DNA of 64,000 nucleotides from Massalongia carnosa (Eukaryota): positions 1,612,001-1,676,000 of the forward strand of contig OZ287071.1 in NCBI GenBank assembly GCA_965645245.1, given 5' to 3'. A model generated the notes under the pieces. That model was not told the origin of the DNA. It did no database searches and was given only the letters and a program-made list of their open reading frames with translations. Shown in pieces: positions 26,390 to 39,813 of this stretch. Every line of letters begins with the position of its first letter. Within the stretch, counting starts at the first letter, position 1. The translations under genes were made by a program, and so were the position numbers.

Positions 26390-27719
26390 GGTCGGTGACA
26401 GAGATGGATTAAAGACGGCCGATGTAGACACAACATTACAGATACGCAAGTTGACTTCTAAAAGCTTTGTTCAAGACATCTCCATACACCTCAAATGAGA
26501 AGAGGAAAGAATAACAGAAAAGAACAAACCGAAAGAAAACGAGTATCTACTAAAGGACGATAATCCTTATGGCAAATATTTGAGTAGTATCTATTATCCG
26601 CACACCTATTTTGTAGTATACAAACAATGCAGTTTGATATTCGTACACCACTGCACTTAGCTACTACTCCAGAATCAACACATTGCGTCAGACTTATCAG
26701 ACTTCATTTTCTGGATTCTGTTTGTTGAAGTGCACTGCCCTAGTTCTGGAAGTTTCTATGCTTAGTCAGCTGAATGTATATTAGCCGCTCTTCTCCTTCT
26801 ATAGAACAATCAACCGTCTCAAGTTTCAACACTGTTTTCATATCATGATCTCCCGTCGTTCTCGATTAAGGAGAATCTGTGTGTTCAGGATGAATGGAAT
26901 GTAGATAATGGGATACTTTGTTTATGTGCGATTCTAGTTTTTTATGTACAGAAACGAGCGATGGTTCATAGGCAATCCGAGTATCATTATCTCTCTTTTC
27001 TTTGCTCTTTTTAAAAGCGGATCAGTAAAGCGAGAAGAATGCGGATAATATGAGTTCAAACTCAAAATCAAGTTGAGCAAATAAATTCAACCTTTTCCCT
27101 TCATCTCCCTCGTCTCCCGTTGCAGCTTTTCTCGGCTATTCTTCTCTTTCACGTCTTGAATAATCAGCGCTCTAGCGGGGCATAGTGCAAAGGTACCCGT
27201 CGCCGCGGCCACCAACTCGTCGCCACCGATTCTCGGTCCAGCCTGATGAAGGGACTGTGAAATCACCGGGTGCTCTTGAAAGAACCGCGGCTTGGTAGGA
27301 ATCTCCGAAATAGTTACTGTCCTAACTCTAATGGAACAAATATTCATTATTAGATGTTCGTATGCTATCTAGCGGCAGTCATCAGGGGTGCCCAAGGTCA
27401 GACCCTGATTGCTATCTGACAATAATATCCAGAGGCAGTTTCTGTTCTGGGCAGAAATATTGGAGAAACTTCCAGATTATCTCTTAAAGTACAGGGGGAA
27501 TAAGCTAGACCTAGCTGTAAGGATGGGGATAAAAAGATGAAACCGACGCTTAGTATATGCCTATAGCGTAAAGCCGCCCGAAACCGTTATTGGGGTCCGT
27601 TGATGCCTCGGGGATCTTCCAATATGGATTTTGGTTTGCTGTTCGTCTTTGATAGAGTGGGAGAATCGATAGCCACGAGAGATAACAGCGCAATTTTTCA
27701 TGCCATAACGAAGATGTAT

Positions 27720-28486
27720 TAAATGAGCCTATAGTCTTCATACTGCTTGGTCACTTCCCAAGTCGCGGGAAACCAGGTCCACTTATACAAACTATAGTCC
27801 TTAAGCTCTAGATACCATGTTGCCTCTGGAACTTGGTCACGACCAAGCATCATTTCTATCACCGTTTCCAGCCTCGAATTTACCGCAGGAAGATTGAATT
27901 CGGGGGCGATTAATATCTCAACAACGATAACTTATGCAGAGCCAGAGTATTTCAAGCCCACAATCTCTAAGTGCGTCTGCTCAGCAGCGGGGGTCACTGT
28001 TTTAAATCGCGGTTTATTCAATCAATAGCACATGAATCTATATTGTCAGAACTCGAAATACTCCTATTCGAAGAGCAAGCGTTCGGCGAACTCTACCACG
28101 TTCGCCAGGCCATGAAAGCTGAAAAAATAATTGAGGTAGATCATGTTGTTAACTTCGTCATGGAGCTGCCAACTCACTAGGCCTAGGCCTGACATGGTAT
28201 GTTCACAGTACTCCATGCTTAGTATGTATACATTGAATAGGTGTGCATAAAATTCGTTGGCAGCTTCAAAAGCAACGATATAGGTCTTGTCCCGGGTCTC
28301 TCATGGAAAACGTAAAAAGGGCAATGGGGCTTTGGGATAGCCCAAGCCAGCTTCCAGCTCCCGTTTCCACAGCCTCATACTTTCTTGTACTGTCTCTATA
28401 CGCGACCATAGGCTTATATCCACTGAACAGAAGTCTTCTGCGTTGGCATTCTTCGGATTTTCAATGTCGCTAGAAGGAGACGCCAT
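27720..28486 (-). pseudogene. Degenerate F-box-like (PFLRLPxEIR family) gene
   Basis: PLPFLRFP*ETRDKTY...GLGLVSWQLHDEVNNMIYLNYFFSF read in one frame across a TGA at 28301-28303; more stops and frameshifts follow. Confidence 0.55.
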
Positions 28487-28554
28487 TATGAGTGGTTGAA
28501 TGAAGTATATACCTTTTTAGCCATATTTGGTTAAGCGATCATAAACTAATGATG

Positions 28555-28590
28555 ACGCGTACACACGTGATAGGAAACGAAAGCGCGTTA
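28555..28590. promoter_or_regulatory. MCB-like elements upstream of RAD5
   Basis: ACGCGT at 28555-28560 and GCGCGT near 28583, about 110-135 bp before the ATG. Confidence 0.5.
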
Positions 28591-28691
28591 CCCTTAAAGT
28601 GAGGCTAGACAACTAACGCTGTCCCTTTCTTACTTCTTCCCTTATAACCAGATTAGGTGCGTACTTTTCTCAAGACTCGTCATAGACCGTA

Positions 28692-31600
28692 ATGAGCCTC
28701 GCCGAAATTGAGCAGCCGCCTCTAAAGAAAAGACGCTTCTTCGTGGAGGATTCCACGCCTGCAGAACAGAATGCCCCCTTCAATACCACTTCATCGCAGG
28801 TTGACGCGTTATCAGCATCGTCTGACCCTATACTCACGGGACAAGCCTCCATAGACGGAGATCCCAAATTCTATAAAGATGGAGCTGTCGGTATCGAGGA
28901 CCCTGTTGCGACCGCGCCAAATTCGAGCGTAGGCGGGTTTGATAAGCAAATCTTTGAAAGCTTTATTGGTCATGAAGTTTTAGAAGAGGATTTGATAAGG
29001 CTTCAAAAGCTTTCAGACAATGATATGGAGCGAGCTATTAACATGTATCTTGATGGTTCTTGGATGAGTGTCTCAATGGAATCGGGGCATGCTTCAGATT
29101 CTCCGAAATCCCTTGAATCAGGAATACCCATTCGAGACGCTCTCAGGCAAGGGCGTCTCAAAAGGACCCCATCGAAACTGTCCCCTGTACAGAAGCAGTT
29201 GGAGAACATGCCCGAGTGTAGATATATAGGAGCTTTTGGCGTCGGAGCATGGGCAACGCGCAGTGGGCCCAATCTTCTAAAACATGGGGAATCAGTCAAA
29301 ATCGAACGTACAAAAATCAAACCACCAATAAAAATTGGTAGAGGGGGGAAAACGATACAACCTTCCAAAGGTACTGCTGCGAGATTGCGGACTGATATAA
29401 TTGTACGATTCACGAACTTAAAGGGAGAAGAAATAGGCAGGTTACCGAAAGATACCGCGTTGTGGGTCTCAACCTTGATGGACCAGAAAGTATGCCGGTT
29501 TGATGGTACTTGTGTTTTTATCCCAGAGAGGGTGCGAGTCAATGACACCATTTATTTGCAGTTAAGATGCTCGTTATTGAAAAAGGCATTTGAGGCTGGT
29601 GGCTTTGTGAAACCAGAAGATAATCGCACCACAGGCATATTTGAAGAAAAAGAAACCTCGGAAGAGAAGGACTTGCGACTAAGGCAGGTCGCGCTGGTTA
29701 AACTATTTGATGAAGTCAACCTTCATCCATCCACGATCAACGAAAAAACTGCAAAGCACAAGAGAGAAGGGATCCTACAGGCTGCAGAGATTGCGGAGCA
29801 ATATGACAAGGAAAATGATAGCAAGAAGCCCAAGCCATCCCAAGACCCTAGCTCATCCCCACCCGCCGGTGATGAGGAAGAGGAAGGCAAAGAGTTGGAA
29901 CAGGATCAGCTTGATTCATTGTATAAAAAGGCCCAATCATTTGACTTTGACACTCCTACCCGAGAGCCTACGGACACATTCACCATGGATCTACGAAAGT
30001 ATCAGAAACAAGCCCTGCATTGGATGATGAGTAAGGAGAAAGACCAAAGGTCGGAGAACAAGGAGCTTTCAATGCATCCGTTATGGGAAGAGTATAGTTG
30101 GCCTGTAAAAGATATGAATGATGAAGATATTCCTAGCGTGATAAATCATCCCTCCTTCTACGTTAATCCATACTCCGGCGAGCTCTCTTTAGAGTTTCCT
30201 CTCCAAGAGCAGCACTGCCTTGGGGGTATTTTGGCTGATGGTAAGCATTGTTGCTCTTGTACTAAATACCACGCTAACTTGTCCAGAAATGGGACTTGGC
30301 AAGACCATTGAGATGCTGAGTCTGATGCATTCGCACAAATCAGAGGTTGCAATGCAACTTGCAGAGTCTGGTCCCCCGGCTGTTGCGAACCTACCAAGGT
30401 TGCCCATGACTTCTACGACCATCGAAGCCGCCCCATGCACTACTTTAGTGGTGGCTCCTATGTCACTCCTGGCGCAATGGGAAAGTGAGGCAGCAAAAGC
30501 CTCCAAGCCTGGTACTTTGAAGACCATGATTTATTATGGTACGGAAAAAGTAGCTAACTTACAGACTCTTTGCTGTAAAGCCAACGCCGCATCCGCTCCC
30601 GGCCTTATTATCACCAGCTACGGCGTTATTCTCTCCGAGTTCAACCAGGTCGTCGCCCGTGGCGGAGATCGTGGCTCGCACGGCGGACTCTTTTCCCTCG
30701 AATTTTTCCGCATTATTCTCGACGAAGCGCATTTCATCAAAAATAGACAGTCGAAAACGGCAAAGGCTTGCTATGAACTAACCGCCCAACATCGCTGGGT
30801 TCTTACAGGGACGCCCATCGTTAATCGGCTGGAAGACCTCTTCAGTCTCGTTCGTTTCCTACACGTTGAGCCTTGGTCAAACTTTTCATTCTGGAAAACC
30901 TTTATTACTGTTCCATTTGAGTCAAAAGACTTCATTCGCGCATTGGACGTTGTGCAAACAGTTCTCGAACCCTTGGTGCTTCGTCGCACTAAAGACATGA
31001 AGACCCCTGACGGACAAGCGCTTGTACCTCTCCCACCTCGTACTATTGAGATCGAAGAAATTGAGCTCTCCAAACAAGAACGCGAGGTCTACGATTATAT
31101 CTTCAATCGCGCAAAGCGCACTTTCAACGCCACTGTAGAAGCAGGTACACTTCTAAAGTCATATACTACAATCTTCGCCCAGATCCTTCGTCTCCGCCAA
31201 TCCTGTTGCCATCCCATCCTGACCCGTAACAAAACCATTGCCGTAGAGGAAGAGGAAGCAGCTGCCGCCTCCGATGTAGCCAACGGTCTTGCCGATGATA
31301 TGGACCTTCAAGAACTTATCGAGCGCTTTACCTCCGACGCCGAGTCCGGCGAGCAAGACATCGCTAACAAGTTTGGTGCTCACGTCCTTCAACAAATTCA
31401 ATCGGAAGTTAGCAATGAATGTCCCATCTGCGCTGAAGAACCTATGATTGAACCCGTTGTGACGGGATGCTGGCACAGCGCGTGCAAGAAATGCCTTCAA
31501 GACTATATCGAGCACCAGAAATCCAAACATACCCTTCCGCTTTGCTTCAATTGTCGGGAACCCATCAACGCACGTGACATTTTCGAAATCATCAACCACT

Positions 31601-32327
31601 CCGCGGACGATTCCCTTTACTCCGCTACTCCTCCACCCAACAGCACCCCCACCTCCAGTAGTCTCCCACGAATTACTCTCCGCCGCATCGGTACCGACTC
31701 CTCAGCCAAAATCGCCGCGTTAGTCGGCCAGCTAAAATCCCTCCGCACCGCCTTCCCCACCACCAAATCCGTCGTCTTCTCCCAATTCACCTCCTTCCTT
31801 GACCTCATTGCTCCCGCGCTTTCTCGTGCCTCCATTTCCCACCTACGCTTTGACGGCGCCATGACGCAAAAGGCGCGTGCGGCCGTGTTGGCCGAGTTCG
31901 AGGCCTCTAAGGGACGCGGCGTGGTGTTGCTGTTGAGCTTGAGGGCCGGGGGCGTGGGGCTGAACCTGACATGCGCGCAGCGGGTTTTCATGATGGATCC
32001 GTGGTGGAGCTTTGCGGTTGAGGCCCAGGCGATTGATCGTGTGCATCGGATGGGGCAGGAGGGGGAAGTGAAGGTTGTGAGGTTTGTGGTAGCGGGGAGT
32101 ATTGAAGGAAGGATGTTGCGGATCCAGGACAGAAAGAAGTTCATGTAAGCGGTGTTTCTCTTTTCTTTCTTTTTCTTTACCCTTTGCTCCGAGAGTTTCT
32201 TCTACATTTTTGGTCGCAACCTGCTAACCCCCTTTTTTGTTTTGGCAGAGCGAGCTCCCTCGGCATGATGAGCGAGGAGGAGAAGAAATTGCAGCGGATC
32301 GAAGATATCAAGGAGCTATTGAGCTGA
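28692..32327 (+). CDS. RAD5: DNA repair helicase/E3 ligase Rad5 (HIRAN + SNF2 ATPase + RING)
   Basis: HIRAN region (IVRFTNLKGEEIGRLP), GGILAD|EMGLGKT, RIILDEAH, WVLTGTPIVNRLEDL, RING CPIC..CWHSAC..CFNC, QAIDRVHRMGQ; introns 30241-30286 and about 32146-32249. Confidence 0.97.
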
Positions 32328-33063
32328 TCGCAGCCTTTTGGATTACGGGCCGAAACGGTGCATGGATGGGTGGGTAGTGATGGGATTGTATGTATTTTCC
32401 CGTTGTCGGCGGGGGGTGGGGGGTTTATTTTGGCAGAGCGGGCATGTCGGAAAGGAAAAGAAGGGCTAGGACAGGACGGGACGGGGGAAGGGGGGGTGAA
32501 TCGAAGATCTGTTTGATTTGGCCTTTTGCGAGTCTATTGCAAGTACCAGTATGTGTTTGTTTCAGTCGCCAACTGCTATCTTCGTCCATCCATTCCTCCT
32601 AGGTCCCCTTCTTTTTCGCTCCGACCCTCGCTTCCCTCACCTCCTTTATCTCATCCCTATCCCCATCCCAATCGTCCTCGTCCTAACCTAGCCTAGCCAG
32701 CCTAGCTAGCTTATAAGGAAACAAGCCAAAAAAAGGAGGGAAGGAATAGATGGATACATTGGAAATTGCCATTTCTCCTATCACAAAATTTATTGAAAGA
32801 AAATGGATTTTCGAAGTACGGGGAAGTGGGATCAGACTCGTCGAGTTCCGTCCATCTCATTGCATCGTTTTAGGAATGTAGGCACGGCCGTCTAACGAAA
32901 TAAAAAAAGAACTCACAGGGTACTCGCCTACTTCGTTTCAACTTAGGAAATACAAATACACTCGACTCCCTCTCCCTCCCCCCACCCCCCACCCCCCTCG
33001 GACGGTCCTAGTCATTAGGCCCGATTGTAGCGGTGTAGAATAAACAAAAGAAAAAGGATACCA

Positions 33064-34271
33064 TCAATGTTTCCCAATGTGTAACTTCCCCTTGAGCTTG
33101 TCAATTTTCTCGCCTAGCACGGCTCTTTTGCTGGAACCGGGCGTGTCGGTTTGTTCGGTGGTGTAGGGAGCAGATGAAGTCGTGTCAGGGCTAGAATCGT
33201 GCTTGCTGCCTGACTGTTCGAGAAGCCCTAGGGAGAGAAAAGGGTGACTTTAGGTTTCTGGGCTGTATATTTTTGGAGCAGGCGTTTTTGGGAGTTGAGG
33301 GGGGGAAGGGGGGGTTGTGCGAGTTGGGAATAAAAGATTAAATAATGAAAAGATTAAGGTTAAAACAAGTGAGACACTTACGATGCGCTTCCTTTCCTGC
33401 ACCAGGCTTAGAGGCATCGAAATTGCCCCCCTCGGCTGCAGTACCGCTGGATTTAACATATTCCTCTCCTATGCCAGTACTCTTTGATTGATGATCCGTA
33501 GCTGAGGCGCGAGAATAGGTATCTGATGGCGCACCGCTAGCCTGGGTATTTTCCGTCTTGGTAGCTCCTCCTATGACCGCATCGGCGTGCTTTCCCAATG
33601 GTTCTTCGAGAGGTCGATCGGCGCCTTGTTGTTTTTGAAAGGATTTCTGGCCAGCCGTCGGGTCTGCACCAATAGAAGGTTCGATGGCACCACTACTAGC
33701 TTCTGAGCTTAAAGGAGCGTTGGTTGACCACTGAGGCGTGGATATAATCTCAAAGGGGTCGGTAGTCTTGTCTGCGGGGGCTGTTTTAAAAGCTTCGGAA
33801 TCGAGACGAGACTTGTTGGTGTTGTAGGTGCCAGAGTCAGTTGTTACCGAGGGTTCCCTGGGGATGGCAGGCTGGCTATCACGTCCGCTTGTGGTCGTAG
33901 GAGGCCCTAGCTCTGCAGAGATAGGGCCATCTGAAGGCAAGGATGTGGTGCCTCCCTTCGTGGAGGAATCCTCGGTAGTCAAGGCTGCAATACCCGCTGT
34001 GGCACCTCCCAAGGTATCATCTGCCGCTGAGCCCGATTGCCCTGTGCCGCTCTTGGTATCAGCATTGACATCCCTAAATTATTACTCGTTGGCGCCCAAC
34101 ATCGCCCAGCCCCTTCGTCTTGACATTTGGGAGAAAATAAATCTCACCCTCGGCATTACCAGCATCATATGGTTCGGTAGCTGTACCAGCTCCTGTCTTC
34201 CCCGATACAGGCTCCACACCAGTCTGGGTGGTCGTTGCACCAAAGCCAAGAGCGTTCTTGATGGCCTCCAT
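33064..34271 (-). CDS. Conserved small hydrophilic fungal protein (S/T/G-rich; KSSGxAAEGGNFDA motif)
   Basis: Exon 1 MEAIKNALGFG..EPVSGKTGAGTATEPYDAGNAE, exon 2 ..YVKSSGTAAEGGNFDASKPGAGKEAHR, exon 3 LLEQSG..KIDKLKGKLHIGKH*. Confidence 0.75.
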
Positions 34272-35181
34272 CGTCTTTGTGGATACTTCAATCAGTTGGC
34301 TGGGGGGTTAATTGAAGGATAGTAATACTCAGGGACTAGGCGAGGTACTTCTACAAATGATAATATGGGTGGAAGTGGTTGGGGGTTTGTAAGGAAGATG
34401 AAGAGGAAATGTGGGTTAACAGGCAGGTTAAGGGTGCTCCTATATGAGAGGCGGGTAAGGACGGGAAAAGAGAAAGAAAACTAGCACGCGACCCGTGAAT
34501 CGGAATCTTAGTTGTATAATCTTTTCTGCCCTGGCTACACCTTCTGGTCCAACTCTCCGCCGCCGCAACAGTAGATCATGAAGAATGTTTATCAGGAGTT
34601 TCTACCAGTTCATATTTCGGTTTTCCGGCGTGAGTCTATGGATTTGCTCGAACGTTTCTTGACGTTATACATTTAAAACAATCTGAAGAGCTAGCAATGA
34701 CGTCACGTTTGCTGTCGCTCTCAACCCTATAGGTCCAGGCCCTAATCGATAGGCACCGACTGATAGGGCCTAGTTAACTACTCCGTTGGTCTAGTGCTGC
34801 TAGTGCTCATCATCTTCTCTGAGACTAACTTGTTCACCAATGTGGAAATCTAGGTTACAATCCACCAAGGCGATTCACCATTGCGGGGCAGTAGCAAACA
34901 AAAGTTCAGTGCATGGGCCATCCATGCTGTGTCAAGCCGTATAATAACTCCCAGTCTGCCCGTGCAAGCAAGACACGTGTTGATGGTTCGCCCAAGGATG
35001 CCCCTAGTTCATCACCCATGAATATATATAATCAAAACCACTGTGGTGACGAAGTCATGCAACACTCACATCAGACGGGGGGCTAGGGTAAACTCGCTTT
35101 GGCTAACTTCCAAGGATACATGGTCCTTATCGTGGAAGGATATTGAAAATTTGGATGCCAAACGCTGAGGCGGCGCCATCG

Positions 35182-37371
35182 CTATTGTTTATTGTCTTTC
35201 TCACCACTTGGGTTGAGAGGTTTTGACGAGTCATACCCCAGCGATTTGACAATACCCAGGCCTTTAGTTCGGCCTTCGCGGAACAATATTCGATCCCCGA
35301 CCGCAAGGTATTCGGGTCGTTGTACAAAACGGAAGGCCACGGTGGCTCGGTCCCCAGTCCGGATGAACGCACGGTCGATATCGATGATGGCACATGTTTG
35401 CGATATCGGCCCAACATGCAGCATTGCCTGATATTTGGTCTTGATGGTGGTCGCGTGGCTCAAGATAAGGACTGTTTATGTTTAGAGACTTTCAAAGAAT
35501 GTAAAACGAAATAAACAAACCTTCTGCCACGAATTCTCGGTATACCTTGGGTGGTGCATCCAATTTCGGTAGGACCACCATACCCTTCCGCACTTCTTTC
35601 CGTCGCACTCGCTTGAGCGCAAATGAAGCCGATTGACCGGCGGAGCAGACCGGTACTTGTATTCGTTTCCGTTCGATAGACCGGATGTGAGTGTTGGTGA
35701 ATTGTCCAAGGGAGTCGGGTCCAATAAGGACGGCGTCGCCAGCGTGGATAACCCCTAAAAGCGTTAGCATTTATAGGAAGCCCTCGGACAAATCATCATA
35801 CCACTTTTGACCACACCCGAGACTACAGTCCCCACAAAAGGTACGGAGAATGTGTCGTTGACATGAAACTCGAAAGGGGCTTCGGCATCATAGTTGCCGT
35901 GATGGGGGAGGATATTGAGAAACGTGCGTACTAGATCTAAGCTTTCGCCGGTGACGTTTGATACCTGAAAAACAGGACATATCCGCTGGCTGACAAACTG
36001 AGTTGCCGTTTCAATGGTCTGCTCACGGTTTTTGATGAATATTGGGATTTTCCTAGCCCCGGGTGACTTGAGTATTCGAGTAAGCTGTGTTACGGTTTGC
36101 TCCAGAATATGGGGAGGGCAGATATCAATTTTGGTTATAACGACCATGACAGGCACATTCAATGCCAGGGCAATGCCTAAATGCTCCCTACGGCAAGGTT
36201 AGCAATGGAATTCGTTAGGGCCGAGCTTTTAAGTATTCTCACTTGCTCATGCCAATCAGCCCATTGTTCGCTGCTACCATTAGTAAACAGTAATTTGGGC
36301 TGCTGCTGAGTAGACCAAACACCGTAGTCCGTAAATACCGCTCATGACCTGCGAGGTCTGTGAAGCTAATCACCTTGGCCTACGTTTATCAGCCGTACTC
36401 TAGCCTCAACGGCGTTGGCTAGTATACCGATCGTTTCCCAATCTCCTCCCATGAGAGTTTCCGACCAGGGACGTCGGACGCAACCACATCGCCATGAACA
36501 TCAAATCCCATTATTTCCATACCTACAGAGCTTGTTCGCCCACTTTCCACCTCGTGCTTATGGCGAAAGAGATTGACCCGAGCCTTGCCACGGCCATCAT
36601 CAAGGCTGCCTTTTACCAGTACGCCTAGCATTGTACTTTTTCCAGCATCAACTTAGCGACAATCAGCTTCACCGCATCTGTAATGGGCATAAATCCATAC
36701 CGTTGCCAACCACTGCGATACGGGTTTCGATTACATCCTCTATCGTCTCAGGTGCCTTCCTTATCAGAATTTTCCCGGTAAGACCTTTTTCTTTCTCGTT
36801 GGCTGTCTCCGCCTCCTCCGAACCCCCAACATTTCGTGTCAACAGCGTCCTACAGTCCGCCTTCAGGAAGCTTGCCGCTCGCCGTATCCGGTCAAGCGCA
36901 ACGTCCCACTGCTCTTTACTAAAGGCCATTGATTCCCCGTTGTCTTCCTGCCCGAGGTCGAAGAGAGCTTCGCCGTGACCCTCAATCAGTCGCTTCTCCA
37001 CAATATCTCTGAGTTGCTGAAGGGTGACTTCTGCGTCGGCGCTCGTATCGAGAAGGAGGTTTCTTAATCTGACCTGGACAGAGTTTTCGGAGAGGTTCAG
37101 GGTATCGATGATATCAAGCTCAGCATGATCCTCAGTTACGGTGCTTTGCGTTGAATATCTGCTGTCGCTGGGTTCCACGGAATGGGTGCGACCCGGAAAC
37201 GTACGATGCGACTGCTGTTTCTCGACATAGTCGGCGAATTCACTCAAAGCCTTAGAGCTACAATTAATTCGAGCTACTCCCAACGCTTGAAGATGGAAGA
37301 AATGCAGAAGATCGTACTGATTCACCCTTCCGCCGCTCATGGGCTGTCTGTTTTTGGACACCCACTGTCAT
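35182..37371 (-). CDS. GTPBP1: GTP-binding protein 1 (GTPBP1/GP-1, EF1A-related GTPase)
   Basis: [82 protein letters not shown]; about five introns. Confidence 0.95.
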
Positions 37372-37601
37372 GTTGTAAAAAGATTACCCTCTCACCGAAT
37401 CAGACTAACGCAAGAAACGAAATGTATTCGCGTAATCATGGATAATAGTTTAATACTCAATTCCATAATAATAATAATATAGCGAACAGCATTGGAGATT
37501 TATTAAATAATGACATGGGAGTCATACAAACTGTCACAGATGATTTAGTCTTTATCGATAAGAAATTGATGACGCATCATTTCTAGCGCGTTTAAGTGTT
37601 C

Positions 37602-39554
37602 TTGCCTCAGTACCTCAGACATGCGTTGGCTCTAGGAGCCGTCTAAGCCCCTCCGGGTTAGCCTATTTCGCTAAGCTCCTTCGGATTAGCGTCCCAGCTG
37701 ACTAACGTGGCTACGATAGCACCACGCGGGTGACAAAAAAAATGACAACTGTGGGGCCGTTTACCCCACCAAATTTTGCATGCATTCCCCCTTTTCAATC
37801 ACGATTATACAGTGTTTACACAAGAAAAATTCAATTTAATCACCAGTTATTGTACCTTCACCATCTAGTAATGCCTGCAGTCTTTCAGGCATTGATCGCA
37901 CCCGTTTATTGATGAATTCCTGAGAAACACGAGTCCAACCCTCCCAAATCAACTCCTTCAGAGTAGCATCATCCCAGTGTGGATATTTACGAAGATGTTG
38001 CTTAATCGGTAGCCAGCAGTTCTCGATTGGAGACAAATCAGGAGAAGACGAACAGTTAAAATAATGATTCAAATGATTGCTTTCCTTCCATGTCTTGACT
38101 GCATTTCGGGTTCTACCAGTGCCATGTCCGGAGTCCCCATCTTCTTCTAAAACGAAGTCGTCACCTCGATCAAGCCAAGACTTGACGACGGGATTGAGAA
38201 TGGAGTCGATGTAGACCTGATGGGTCATCTTTCCATTGCTATTTCCAGGAACATCGTAAAAGACGAGCTCAAACTTGAAATTATATCCAACTGCAGCCCA
38301 ACAATGCATTCGTTTTCGATCTTTTTCAGGAGGGGAATCACGATGCTGAATACAATCCTATCTATATCGAGTATCAGGCTGTCTTATGATTCGTAGTTGA
38401 CCTTCGGGTCCATATCCAAAATGCACTTCGTCGCTGAATCGAACACGACTCCAGTCTTCGGGTTTGGGGTATTTTTTCAGCTTAACACGAGCGAACTCCA
38501 TTCTGCGTTCCATTGGAACGTCTTTCAGCCATCCTTTCACACATGCGAGGCATTTTTCATAGTCTAATGCGGCTTGAAGAATGCGATGCATAGTACCCAC
38601 TACCTCAGCGTTGACCTCGAGAGCAATTGGATCCCCAAGTATAACGCTTGCCTTCGAGCATTAAATCATCGTCTTGTAGAATATGATCAGCTTCTCGCAC
38701 CTGCTCGCCTGTGACCTTTGATTTTCGACTCCGAGTTTCATTTATTTCAGTAATATTGTGACGAGTTCGTGAAGAAGATCCTGCTTCAATCATTCTGTAT
38801 CCAGCTCTTTCCTCAACGTTAAATTCTCTGAAAATATCACGAACATCATGCGAAATTCCTTTCGCAACAAGAAACTGATGAGCTCCCTGTACCTTGGCCT
38901 TTTGAGGCGTATAATAGTGAGATATTCGGGGCATTTTATATAGGAATAATGGTGAAAAGGTGGATGAGAACGAAATAAAGGGAGAAATTTTGGTGGGGTA
39001 AACGGCCCCCACATTGCAATATTACGGTCAGATATTCGTAATAAATCGTGTATTATTGCGATTTTTCGACATTTTGACGTCTTGCTTTTTCGTTTGACAC
39101 GGGCTATTTCTTCGAAAGAATTCAAGTAGAATTTGTATAGGAAGTTTCCTGAAATTCCTGTTCATTGTAAAGTTCATGTGGGGCAATCTGATTGCACTTC
39201 GCATAGAAATCGAGAATCGACTTAACGAAAATAACAAGATGTATGTAAAATTGCTCTGCACGTTATAAACATAAATAAAGATTGAAACTTATAACGAAAA
39301 ATTCAAAAATACATTGATCATGATCATATCAAGCGACGACGATGTTACAAACATGAAAACAATGAAGTTGTGACGTTTTTCTATGAGGTCGAAATCGTTC
39401 TTGTCATTATCGTTAAGCCAACCGTAATCTTGAGTTTTGGGCTTAGACTGCTACAGATGTGCTGCGTAGTCAGCCTGTTAACCCGAAGGGGCTTAACGTT
39501 CTGTAAGGCTAACCCGAAGGGGCTTAGCCGGGCACGTCTGAGGTACTGAGGCAA
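37602..39554 (-). mobile_element. Tc1/mariner-superfamily DNA transposon (defective) with outer and inner inverted repeats
   Basis: Outer IR TTGCCTCAGTACCTCAGAC at 37602 and its reverse complement ending 39554; inner IR GTGGGGCCGTTTACCCCACCAAA at about 37751 and about 38989-39012; DDE transposase relic between them. Confidence 0.88.
37836..38934 (-). pseudogene. Tc1-like DDE transposase with one frameshift and one in-frame stop
   Basis: MPRISHYYTPQKAKVQG..., frameshift near 38635, WSRVRFSDEVHF, TAG at 38358-38360, HCWAAVGYNFK, VLEEDGDSGHG, SPDLSPIENCW. Confidence 0.9.
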
Positions 39555-39813
39555 AAGCGTTCACGACTCGCAGTTACATGCTCCATTAGATGAGAGGGCT
39601 GAACGCACACCATGACATAGATTCTTGACTCGAGTTACGCTCTGATTCCATGCCTACACTGCAATCGGTTGTGGCCTTTTCGACTTTCGAACTCAAGGCC
39701 AGAGTATGGGGAATCTTGCTTCGCCATTGACAACCGCAGAGAGCTTGCTCTGGTAACAATGGTCATTGGACATTTCTTGCGCCTAAATCATACCCAGCAA
39801 CGGAAATCAATTT

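Noticed and set aside
38605..38645. Programmed frameshift in the transposase
   Set aside because: There is no slippery heptamer, and an additional in-frame stop downstream points to simple decay.
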